Below are positions 53,517-64,000 of a stretch of 64,000 nucleotides of DNA, in pieces (the stretch's first letter is position 1; every line of letters starts with the position of its first letter). Source of the DNA: Callorhinchus milii. Lineage: Eukaryota. Under the pieces are notes generated by a model, which was not told the origin of the DNA, searched no databases, and was given only the letters and a program-made list of their open reading frames with translations. The stretch is taken from NCBI RefSeq assembly GCF_018977255.1, contig NW_024704743.1:91080001-91144000 (forward strand), read 5' to 3'. The translations under genes were made by a program, and so were the position numbers.

Positions 53517-54849
53517 GTCTTTTCTCCTCCTGATTAATAGTGCAGCGGTGTGCATGATTCCTCAAAGCATACTGCTGCAGAAGCAGAAATCATGGTATTT
53601 GCTGCTCTGATCGCTGTACAATAACTAGACAGCATCTCCTAGTACTCACTAGGATTATCTTAAAAGTTTAATTTCATCACCCATTTCTTCTTACATAACA
53701 CACCACAGCATTTATCACTACCCACTCTGCATCACTGGCAGTGAAAAAGATTTTGTGCATTAAGGTCAAGGATACTTGAATGTCAGGATGATTTTATTAT
53801 AAAACCAGTGAACAAGATGGAATGAGGAGTCATAGCATCCCTGAAGGCATTGGTTTGTTTTGTGCAGAATGTGTTTTTGTGGCTATTTCCCATATAATTA
53901 GATTGTTACTATATGGTGAGGCTTGTAGAATATTTATCATGTAGTTAACAACATTTTAGTTGTACACTGCCTTTCAATATCCTATTAAAACTACCATCAG
54001 TGATATTATATAATGTACAAATGATTGAATCTGTTTTTAACCCTAGGGCATCAACAATAAGATGTCTACATTCAGCAGCACTTGCCCACTTGCTGACTAT
54101 CCTTTTTAGGAAGGAGGGTAGCAAGCAACAATTTAAAGCACGATTGTACCCAGCTCAGGCACGTAAATTACAATTGTGAAGGAAAAGAAAAATAATTTTA
54201 AATAAGAGGAACAAAAGAGCTATAAAATGTTTAAATGGTTTAAAGACATGGCTTCTCTGTGATAAAGGGAAAGGCAAGCAAGAAATTGTCCTTTAGTTAT
54301 TGCAGTCAAATTCACAAACTCACAAACCAGATTTCATGCAAAGATTGTGATATCTGGATATGAATATCCAAACCCATTTAATTTGTGATATAAGGCTGTG
54401 AATTGCAAATTCTGAAAGCAAGAAAGTGTGAAGAAAGCCATGGACGCAGATGTTTTTCTCCCCCTATTGTAATTTAGACAGCCTCCAATATTCATAACTG
54501 GAAATCATAATTAACACATCTAATCCATCTGCAAATATTGCTGATTAGACTCCAGTGATAAACATCCGACATTGAACAGCATTAAGACTGCGTACTTGTT
54601 TCCAGCGCCTTGGGACGTTCTCCTGATGTGAAAGGCCCTATACAAATGTGATTTTGTTGTTGTACTGACTTCTGAGTTAAGGTGTGCGAAAGCTTGGCTC
54701 AGGGGGCAAAACCAGCCTAGCTCAAGGAGCACAAAAGTTCTTAGAACTGTTGGATTTCCACAGTTCCAGGGTGAAAAACAGGTTTTTAAACAAAGTGAAA
54801 CAATAGTTCCATTCTATCTGTCGTAAGTGCATTATTGCCAAAAGATTAA

Positions 54850-55366
54850 ATCAGTAAAATACCTTTTTATTTGTTAAATTGTATGGCTTACACTTTATTA
54901 CATTGGTTAACAAGAATTCCAAATACAAGTACAATAAACAATTATTGCTCAGTTAGAATAATCTTCCTTGAACTTAAATCAACTGCAATATTTAAAGACT
55001 AATTCACATCTCTCTTTACTGAAAAACAACCTAGAATATAATTAACCTTGGACCACGTTTTGTGCTATGGAACAGCCCTTTACTAAGTCAGTCTGCTTTT
55101 GAGGCGTTTTGTTTTCCACAACGGGCAAACATTTACTTCAGATTTCACTGATCAGCAAGGCTCAAAGACACCATTAAGAATCTTGTAGCTGCTCAGACTT
55201 TCCCTTGCAGTGGACAGCGAGGTTTACTTTGTGCTTGGAACTTTTTATTTGCTGGTTGTGATCTAAATGTCCATGAGAAAGGGTGAGGCGAGTGGGGAGG
55301 GTTATTGGTGCTTTCGTCAGATAAAGGGCAATTCTGGGAGGCAATAACTAGACTTTCGTTCAATTC
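54850..55366 (-). other. Probable 3' UTR of the carbonic anhydrase with candidate polyadenylation signals
   Basis: Repeat-free sequence after the stop codon. Minus-strand AATAAA (plus TTTATT) at 55244-55249, 54894-54899 and 54866-54871. Confidence 0.65.
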
Positions 55367-55471
55367 TTAGAAATTCCTTCGTACTTTCCTGCCCTTCAGA
55401 GGCTGAGGAGGGCGAAAGTTGTCCTGCATGGGTTTGTTAGCTGTGAACTTCAAGCTCCGGAACTGTTCCAT
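55367..55471 (-). CDS. Cytosolic alpha-carbonic anhydrase, terminal coding exon (exon 7 equivalent)
   Basis: Acceptor gtatttgctttccag, then MEQFRSLKFTANKPMQDNFRPPQPLKGRKVRRNF-stop (TAA at 55369-55367). Carries the DNxRPxQPL motif and has no GPI or TM tail, so cytosolic. Confidence 0.96.
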   Translation of the reverse strand: MEQFRSLKFTANKPMQDNFRPPQPLKGRKVRRNF

Positions 55472-56829
55472 CTGGAAAGCAAATACAAGCACTGTAAGAA
55501 GATCAAGCTTAATATTTCCCTCATGGTTGCTCTGCCTTAAGCAAGCATATCATCTACAGTGATATGGTTGATGCAGGTCTTGGCTTTTGCCAACCTGCAC
55601 CTAATTGTCTGCAGGTAATCAGGGCGTAGCTCTTCAGGGCGCATTACATTCCAGACGCAAGAATTTCCAGTGTGTAGGTTCGAGGAATGGAACTCAGCCC
55701 AATTTGGATCATCTCAAATATGGTGATAGGTTTCTGCATGCATCAGACATCTGAGTGTCAAATTTCCTAACTTTGCATTTGGAAACAGATCAGGAATATT
55801 ATGAGTGGCAGTATTCTTTTCAAATCATTTTATGCCTTAACTGCTCAAAGGGTTTCTTTGTGCTGCTATTGCAGAAGTGCTGATACATCCATCAATAGAG
55901 ACCAATTTTTTTGAATAGAGACCAATACAGACACAACCACAGGTAAGAAAAGGACATGGAAAGCACTGCCTTTTGTGAAATGAATAAGAATTCATGCAAG
56001 TGTTGCGATTCTTGGCTGAAGGTGGAGGGGAAAACTTTACACTCTGGTCAGCAGGAATTTGTCTGTCTCGCTTTCCACCGACACAAAGCAAACAAACTTG
56101 AAAGGGGCCGAGAGAAGATCAGCAGGAAATCTACAAAGATGTTCCTTCTGATGTCCCCGGTCATGGGTCAGTGCTCATTTATCACTTAAGATCTTTGGTG
56201 CAAAAGAGAAAGTATCCAATTCTCAAGACACCAATGGGTGTAGATTTGTACTCAGTTTGATCTTCCTTCTCTCCAGGCCCTGCCCCATGGCTTTAAATAA
56301 ATGACAGCTGAGGGAGAGGGGAGGAGCTGCTAACAAGACAGCCCCTGCCAAGAGATGCCCAAAGCAGCTTTGCGTTGCATGTAGAGATGCACTTAATCTC
56401 AGCTCACACACACCACAGATGCATTTTCTGAATCAATGGATGCAAACATCACACGTTTCTGAATTAATCCAAACTCTTACAATTCAACTAGTCTGATTCC
56501 CTCTTCAGATTTGTTGCTCATCCCTACTTTACCATCTGGGAGCCCTTATTCAAGGATTAATAATATGGAGCAGACAGCAGTCAGGTAATGAAATCCTCAG
56601 ACGCCAAAAATGGGTCAGTGTAACAAATAGATTCTCACCATAAATCACAAAACAATCCTATTAACACAACAACATGGCTCATTTGATATTAAGCTCCAGT
56701 TGGTGATATTTACAAATCTGATTTGTTGCCTTACAGTGACTTACGATCTGAATATCAGATTGCAAAATTAGCAGATGGCAAAACCTTTAAAAAATGTCAG
56801 GCAACCAAAACGTGAGCAGGAACCCATAT

Positions 56830-57220
56830 TGTGGGTTCAAGTCCCAAGTCAGGACTTTGAACTTGCTTTAGGTTGGTTGACACTCCAATGGGAGAGTGCT
56901 GTATTGTCGGGAGGTGCCGTCCTTCAGACGAGATGTTAAAACAAGTTCCTGTTTACTCGTTCAGATGGACAGTAAAAATCCCATAGCACTATTTGGAAAA
57001 AAATGTGGATGGTTTTCCACGTTGTCCTGGCCAATAATCCCCCGATAAAGGTGGTCATTCACTTCATGGCTGCATGTGGGACATTGCAATTTGCAAATAC
57101 CGCACAATCACTCCAAATTGTTCCCTCTTGTGTATACAATACACAAGATACACAATCGCTATACTACAGTAAAATTCTGTGAAGAGCTTTGAGACACCAA
57201 GTCAATCCCAGGATTATTAT
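56830..57220 (+). mobile_element. SacSINE1-like SINE in last CA intron
   Basis: gtgggttcaagtccc..gtcctggccaataatcccc..tail. Confidence 0.8.
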
Positions 57221-58766
57221 GATCATCATCAACAACCACAGAAATAGCAAAACTACTGATGGGGGGAAAACAATATGAATTAAAACAAGCATGAAGGATT
57301 AGGGAATAGTGGAGTTTGGAGGTTGGGAGAGATTAGGATAGGTGAAGGTTCATATGGTTTTCAAGCACCAGCATGAACTATTTGGACAAAATGGCCTGTT
57401 TCAATGATGTACAGTTTATAATTCTATGTAAAAGAAACAAAGTCTAAGCCAGTAGATTTTGCTGCCCTCTTGGGCTCTGCTAAGCAGAGAACTGATGCAT
57501 ATCCTTTTTGAAGGGATTGGCAACACATTAGGTATCCAAAGGTTTGAAGCAATACATTTTAAAGCTTCAAAATAAACTAAAGCTCCTGAAATTCAGGAAT
57601 GTTTTGCTGCAATATTGTGGCACAACATCCCTTGTGTTAGGCAGCCAAAGCAAACACTAAAGCAGTTCTGGCCAACCAAATACATTTTTATTTATTTATG
57701 GCCACACTGTGGGTATTGCAGCTCAGTAGCTCCTGGAAACAAGGTATTGATTTGCCTAGACTTGGTGTGGGTTTTCAGCAAGCCACTTCGATGCCCCAAA
57801 AATGGCCATTAGGCCACTACATTACACTGGGCAGTGGCCAACAACAACTTTTAGGGCTTCAAGAAGTGGCCTGCCTAATACCTGTACCCATCCAGGCAAG
57901 CCCATGTCAATGTTTCCAGTAGCTCCCGAGCCCTGATACCAATGGCACAGCCATAAATGAAAAGAAAAAAAATCAATAAAGAAACATTAGTGTAGTTGCC
58001 CAACCAAAAAGGTTGGCCACTACTGCATTAAAGAGTTTGGTGATGATGAAAAATCTCAAATCAACCTCTACTTTCCCTTTTCTTCTCACCCTGACTTGCA
58101 GAAGGGGGTACTCACACATCCTGTAACTGGGACTGAACAAATAACATTCTCTCAACATTGTGAAAGCTGGCAAAAAGTGACCCGTGGCACAAGGTGCAGG
58201 GAATCCCATGTACATCAAGCACTCTGCATGATCTCCAAAATAAACCTCAAACAGTTGAAAAATGATATGTCTTAAAGCTTCGGGGGTGGGAGAGTGCATG
58301 GCAGAGGGAGTCTGGGATGGGGGCAGAATGTCTGAAAGGGAAATGCAACAGGCAAAGGGTCGTCAACCAGGATTGGAGACGATGTGTTCAAACACACTCT
58401 GGATGGAAAAAAAAATCAAACTCTTTGCTACAAAACGGGTAATTGGCAATCCCAGTCAGAATGAAAGAATAGCTAATCCCTGCTAAATGCAAAACTAGTC
58501 TGACAAGAAATCCTACCAGGATGCTGACTGGATAAGACTAGCACGTCAGAATTGTAACTTAAACCACATTCATTAAGAACATTTTTTCTTTGCACAGAAT
58601 GTTATAGAAATGTGGAGTGCAATGCTTCAGGAAAAACAGATGTAGGATGTTTATTTAACAGATAGGGATGTTTATTTATTATTCCTGCTTACTTATCCCT
58701 GTCTCAGCTTCTACTATAACCTGGAAGCAACATTTCTCAGCCACAGCTAATATAGCAATGCTGGAT

Positions 58767-58822
58767 GAGAGAGAGAGAGAGAGAAAAAGAGGGAGGTAGA
58801 GGGAGAGCGAGAGAGACAGACA
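58767..58822. repeat. (GA)n-rich microsatellite in CA intron
   Basis: gagagagagagagagaaaaagagggaggtagagggagagcgagagagacagac. Confidence 0.8.
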
Positions 58823-59242
58823 GCGAATGTCCACTATGCTGTGGGAGAGGGCCAATGAATACCCTATTGGGCTTTTTTTAAAAAGTCATTAAAAATAGGA
58901 AAAATAACATTCAAGTCCGCTCTTTTAACACAAAAGGCCAGGCCAGCACATGGAAAGTGAACAGGCTGGTAGCATGCATGCATGTGCGTCCACACTGCAA
59001 CCGCATTGTACGTCAATTGGGGTTAAAGGAAGAGAGGTATACAGGGCTGCAATATACTGATTATAAACAATAAGCCCCAGTGAATCAGGGAAAAATAAAA
59101 ATGATATTGTGAAATTTTAACGTTGACACTGTGCATTAGGCATCCAATTGCTACCTTTGCAGACATTTCCAACCTTTGGGGTAGTTACGTGGGAGAATGT
59201 CACTGAATGACCTTAAGTGGAATTTCGCCTTTCATGTTTTAC

Positions 59243-59398
59243 CTGTCCTGAGCTGACAGTGATGGGCTCCTTCAGGACATGCCAGATGACACTCTCTAGC
59301 AGAGGTGGAGTGGTCAAAGATCCCAGGTACGTCCAAAAATCTAGACACGGAGGCAGCAGGGTGGAGGGATCAAAGTTCTTGAAGTCAGCTTTGGTATT
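59243..59398 (-). CDS. Cytosolic alpha-carbonic anhydrase, exon equivalent to exon 6
   Basis: 156 nt between acceptor tttcag and donor gtaaaa. Translates to [52 protein letters not shown], with the GSLTTPP active-site motif (Leu198, Thr199, Thr200) and Val207/Trp209. Confidence 0.98.
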
Positions 59399-60171
59399 CT
59401 GAAACGTGAGAAAGCCAAAGTGAGAGTTACGATAGAAAGGTAAACTTCACAATCCACCGATGAGGATCAGCTTCAATGTGACCTCGTGTACATAGGGGAC
59501 AGGTGGCTTACAATAAACACCTTGTCAGGTTAGCGTCCTTTGCAGTACCCCCGAATGATGTGAAAACATTTGTTTTACTCTATTTACACAGTACGAAAGC
59601 TTGATTAAGAAATTAAGCATTTTTAAATATCTTTGATGCGTAGTTTTCCAGTCGATTCGCTCAGATGTAAGGCATCCACCCTCTTCAGCTCCCACCCCCA
59701 GGCTCGGGTGCCCAGCCAGTAGTGCCAAGCGCTTTGAGGCACTATCTAAATGTAAATTGCATTTTATTGGGTGTATTTAATAAAATTCAAGATAAACATG
59801 AAAATATAAAAAGGCCACACGCCAGAAACAGGGAACATTTATAAGAAAGCTGGTTGCTTCCTGGTCTGTGTGACACTACATTGGCATCAACAGACCTCTT
59901 ACCAGGACATTTTCATTTAATATAATAATTATCATTATAATTAGTATTATAAAGTTCTTACCAGGGCTTTTTCATTTAAAGAAAAAAAAACAATAATCTT
60001 CGTATTTGATATGCCCATCACATCAGGAGTACATATTAAAGTGCTTCATAGGATTTACTGTATAGTGTAATGACTGTTTTGTAGTTGAACACAGGAGCCA
60101 ATTTGTACACAGTAAGGTTCACAAAACATCATATTTCGTATTTCAATCAATAGAACTGGCTTTAAACTTAC

Positions 60172-60234
60172 CTCTTTTTGAACAGAATCAAAAGCATCAA
60201 GCAACTTCTGCAAGGCCGGATTGGCAGCTCCTAT
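60172..60234 (-). CDS. Cytosolic alpha-carbonic anhydrase, exon equivalent to exon 5
   Basis: 63 nt between acceptor gtgcttttcag and donor gtaagt. Translates to IGAANPALQKLLDAFDSVQKE; size and sequence match exon 5 of cytosolic CAs. Confidence 0.95.
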
Positions 60235-60340
60235 CTGAAAAGCACAAGAAATATTGAGTGCAAATGAGTAGAAAATACAATTATTATGATTCTACTTTTG
60301 CAGTAATAAAGGTATCTGTCAGTTACCAGAAAACACAAGA

Positions 60341-60530
60341 GCATAACATAAGAAATGCTAGCCAAAACAAGATCAAGGTCCATTTAGTTCGCCTTCCTGG
60401 CGGATGCATGCACAAACTACCTATGTGCTATATCACATAATGTTATTTCCTAAAAGTAAACTATCTAATCTGCGTTTGAGAGAATCAACACTTCAAGCTT
60501 CAACCGTCTCCCTAGGGAAACTGTTCCAGA
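60341..60530 (-). mobile_element. CR1-type 3' tail fragment in CA intron
   Basis: Homologous to 3429-3638. Confidence 0.7.
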
Positions 60531-60534
60531 GGCT

Positions 60535-61352
60535 CCCAAGGCCCTGGACAGTTGGGTCGGGACCCGAGCAGGGGGGAAATGGTCAGGGTGAGGGGAGGGA
60601 AGGGAGGGAGCGAGGAGGTGGTAGAGAGTTGAGAGGGGAGCTGAAGGCACGGTCACAGAGAAAGGTCTTGAGACCGGCCTTGAAGGAGGAAAGGGAGGAA
60701 GCGGCGATGGCACTGGGGGATGGAGTTCCAGAGCCTAGGGGCTGAGAGGCTAAAGGCTCGGCCACCGATGGTAGGGCGGTTGGGGCGGGGGATGTGGAGC
60801 AGACCGGAGCCAGAGGAACAGAGGGTACGGGCAGGTAAGTAGGGGGATAGTAGGTTAGAGAGGTAGGAGGGAGCAAGGCCGTGAATGGCCCTGTATGCTT
60901 TGGGACGTCCTCCCGACGTAAAAGGCGCTCTATAAATGTCATTTTGTTGTTGAAGGTGAGGATCTTGAATTCGATCCTCTGGGGGATGGGGAGCCAGTGG
61001 AGGCGAGCGAGGGTGGGAGTGATGTGGTCCCGAAGCCTGGTGCGGGACAGTACACGAGTTGCAGAGTTCTGAATGACCTGCAGCTGTGGAGGGAGGTGCT
61101 GGGAAGGCCGGCGAGGAGAGAGTTCCCATAGTCCAGCCTTGAGGTGATAAAGGTGTGGACCAGAGTTTCAGCAGCGTGAGGGGTGAGGTAGAGCCATAGT
61201 CTGGCGACATTCCGGAGGTGATGGAAGGCGGTGCCAGTTGTGGCGCGGATATGAGGGAGAAAGGACAGCTCAGGGTCGAACAGAGCACCGAGGTTCCTGA
61301 CCGGCTTTGAGAGGTGGAGAGTGCAGCCTTGGATGGTGATGCTGTCAGCGCT
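60535..61352 (-). mobile_element. Young L2 fragment in the CA intron between exons 4 and 5
   Basis: High similarity to 52780-53516 in reverse orientation; interrupted at 60898-60951. Confidence 0.93.
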
Positions 61353-61809
61353 CAGTATTGAAACAGTCCATGGCGAGTTACTTAGCCCAGGTTATGAATG
61401 GTCATAACCTATAAATTCCATCGAAGTCTACAGCTCGGATTTTATTTTAAGAAACTGAAATAATGATGTTTAGGTGTGTTTGCGGAGGGCACTGGAAAAT
61501 GCTTGGATTATCTTTGGGGACACCATCAACAGAGTTTAAGAAACATTGGTATAAAACCAAAATGATGGCCAGAGAATAGATATAATATTCAAACTATTAT
61601 TATCATCATCATCACACACACAGTTCATTATCTGTCAGTCGTATTATACTGACATGAGTGCTGCACCCAACTTCCAGTGTAAGAGCCTCTGATGTAAAGA
61701 GCAGCTCCTCCGGAGAACCCCATGTATATCGTGCTTGCCTGCAAGACTGGAGGAGCTCGTGGGTGGTGTGGGGGAGGAGGGGTGATACACATTATTCCTT
61801 GGAGGAAAC

Positions 61810-62160
61810 AATTATATTTGATATAGCACCTTACCACATTGTTGAGATGTCTCAAAGCCCTTCACAGTCTATACTGTAAAATGGATTGACTGTAGATTTT
61901 GTGGGCTAACCACGGCAGCCAATTACGTAGAGCAGTGTCCCACAAACAGTTTTGGATTGTGTGACCAAATTGTTATTTTTTGAGAGAGAGATTATTACCC
62001 CCAGTTAGCGATCTGCCAATTGACTAACAACCAGGTGCCTGCATTCTGCTAGGTAAACAGTGGCTTGAGGAGTAAGGAAACGTGCCTAAGGTTTCGCCCT
62101 GTCAGGAATCAAACCCGGGAACTCTCGCTTATGAGGAGAGTGCTCTAACTAATAACCCAT
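61810..62160 (-). mobile_element. tRNA-headed Deu-domain SINE in CA intron
   Basis: Reverse-complement head, core and tail homologous to the other copies. Confidence 0.82.
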
Positions 62161-62256
62161 GACAGATATCTGGAGTTCCTGTTCCAATTCATTATCAAGA
62201 TAACCTGTTAGAAATTACTATACATTGCGGATCAGATTTCACATTAACATTCCAAC

Positions 62257-62352
62257 CTTCAGGAAAACACCAACAACAGCCAAACCATCCGGTTCGATGG
62301 CAGCGTTGGCGACATCCGCATACTTTTCAGAGTTCCAGTGCACCAGATGAAG
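62257..62352 (-). CDS. Cytosolic alpha-carbonic anhydrase (CA1/CA2/CA3/CA13 group), exon equivalent to exon 4
   Basis: 96 nt between acceptor ctgtttccag and donor gttgga, phase 0/0. Translates to [32 protein letters not shown], containing the zinc ligand His119 (LHLVHW) and the DGLAV motif. Confidence 0.97.
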
Positions 62353-62454
62353 CTGGAAACAGAATGATATATTAAAAAAACTCAGTTACACATCTTAAGA
62401 CACATCAAATCCAAACCAAAATATAAGCAGCTACCAATTCTCAGATCCCTGCTG

Positions 62455-62815
62455 CTTCACAGGATATCCTGTAAAGTGACTATTTTGCAAGTGAATTCGG
62501 CAGCTAACTTGCACAAAATAATGTCCCACAAACAGCCATGAAATTAATGACTAATTTTATCTGGGGTTTTTTTTTGACCAGTTCACCAGGGGAAATTCCT
62601 TCTCTTTTTGAATAATACCATGATATCTTTAACATACATTTATACAGCCAGGCTGGATCTCAGTTGAACATCTCATCCGAAGAATGTAGCACATGTGTAG
62701 CACTGTACTGGAGTGTCAGCATAGACAGTGCAAGTTCAAAGTACAGACACGTGGGCTTTAACCCACAACTTTCTGACTTAGAGACGAGACTGTTACCAAC
62801 TGAACTAGGCTGACA
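62455..62815 (-). mobile_element. SacSINE1-like SINE in CA intron
   Basis: Reverse complement begins gtcagcctagttcagttggtaac. Confidence 0.8.
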
Positions 62816-63544
62816 CAGATGCATGTACTGCAGTTTATTCAGTTCCAATGGGGAATGCTTGGGAATTGATTACAGTAAAGTCCTGAATAAATCAAACTCG
62901 TCATCACAAGTTATCTGAAGCAGAGTTAGGCATATGTCTAAATACATAACGGCGTCCATGATATTGACAGCATGATGACTTAAGTGGTGCTGACAAGTTA
63001 AAACAGGGTCAAGGTATTAGGAGGTTATTCTAATTTAATAGCGAGGGGCAAGTTTGCAGCGAATCAGTGATACTGAACAATAATGGAGTGTAATGTGCAC
63101 TTAGTGATTTTATTGTTTTTAAATCACTTAGTGATTTAAAAACAATAATTCAGTTGAGGGTTAAGATAATAATAATCCTTACATTTGATATAGACCTCTA
63201 AAGCATTTCACAGGATATACTCAAAATGGTTTGATTGTGTATTTTGTGGGCGAACACAGCAGCCAGTTGCACACAGCAATGTCCCACAAGCAGCCATGGA
63301 GTAATTTTATTTGGGAGATTTATTGGTCAGAACGCTGGGAGAAATGCCCTTCTCTTTTTAATAGGACCATGGGATCTTTTACGTTGAGGGTTCAGGTGAC
63401 ATTATAAATTCTGAAGCTGAAACTCAATCCATTTGTGCTCGTCATCTATACCTTTAATTATCAGCCTCAGCTCAGAGAAATGCCACAATCGCTATTTATA
63501 ATGTACACAAGCTCCTAAGTGTTCTCAACATTGCTTTAGTTGCT

Positions 63545-63865
63545 GGAGTCCTGTAGCTCAGTGGTTAGAGCACTCGCTTTGCAAGCGAGAGACCCGAGTT
63601 CAATTCCAGGCAGAGGGCGAAACCTTGGGCAAGTTTCCTTACTCCACACAGAGCCTAATAATAATCCCTCCAAAACCCAAAACAATAATAAATTGGTCAT
63701 TTTCAATCTACGACTGTTTGTGGGACATTGCTGTGCGCAATTGGCTGCCGCGTTCTCCCACAAATATACAGTCAATTCACTTTAGTGTGTTCTGTGAAGT
63801 GCTTTGGGACGTCCTCCCGACATGAAAAGCGCTATATCAAATGCAAGGATTATTGTTATTATTAT
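63545..63865 (+). mobile_element. tRNA(Ala-like)-headed Deu-domain SINE with L2-type tail
   Basis: A box tagctcagtgg, B box gagttcaattcc, anticodon arm CTCGC-TTTGCAA-GCGAG, Deu-like core gctgtgcgcaattggctgccgcgtt, tail aagcgctatatcaaatgcaaggattatt. Confidence 0.9.
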
Positions 63866-64000
63866 AGTTACTAATATATTGCTTAATATACACTGTATTC
63901 AATTATTTGCCACACTCTGGAATCTCTGAAATGCTACGTTAACAGTGTAAATCTGGGCTAGATTAAATGTGGTTTTACTCTTAAAACGATGGTTTTACTA

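Noticed and set aside
58972..58985. Tandem TGCATG (RBFOX-like) motifs in the last CA intron
   Set aside because: A simple (GCAT)n palindrome next to a constitutive catalytic exon; no supporting evidence.
52780..61352. Inverted young L2 pair as a driver of CA circular RNA
   Set aside because: The 52.8-kb copy lies beyond the CA poly(A) signals, and the similarity is explained by shared subfamily.
63545..63620. tRNA-Ala(TGC) gene
   Set aside because: No convincing acceptor stem, and it continues into a SINE core and tail found in many copies.
225..63825. The many 60-130-aa ORFs in the supplied track
   Set aside because: Apart from L2, CR1 and NDUFS2 pieces, they are chance frames or translations of SINEs and microsatellites (for example poly-Y and poly-I from ATT tails).

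Overview
This is vertebrate genomic DNA dense in repeats. The repeat set (Deu-domain tRNA-derived SINEs with L2-type tails, L2 LINEs with (TTG)n tails, shark-type CR1 LINEs) points to a cartilaginous fish, possibly a holocephalan such as Callorhinchus; this is an inference. The only clearly functional gene is the 3' half of a cytosolic alpha-carbonic anhydrase of the CA1/CA2/CA3/CA13 group on the minus strand. Four coding exons are present (62257-62352, 60172-60234, 59243-59398, 55367-55471) plus a 3' UTR; exons 1-3 lie beyond the right edge. None of these exons appears in the supplied ORF track. Positions 1-54.8 kb are apparently intergenic. They hold an intronless, stop-disrupted NDUFS2 C-terminal fragment (27968-28315), a very degenerate stretch resembling an olfactory receptor (about 6370-6830), and many nested L2, CR1 and SINE copies. 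I found no convincing new biological system. The most noteworthy oddities are the NDUFS2 copy with some non-vertebrate-like residues, the OR-like relic, an inverted L2 pair sharing private mutations, recurrent ~55-nt L2 stem-loop-only insertions, and a shortened surface loop in the CA. Repeat boundaries are approximate and read by eye.
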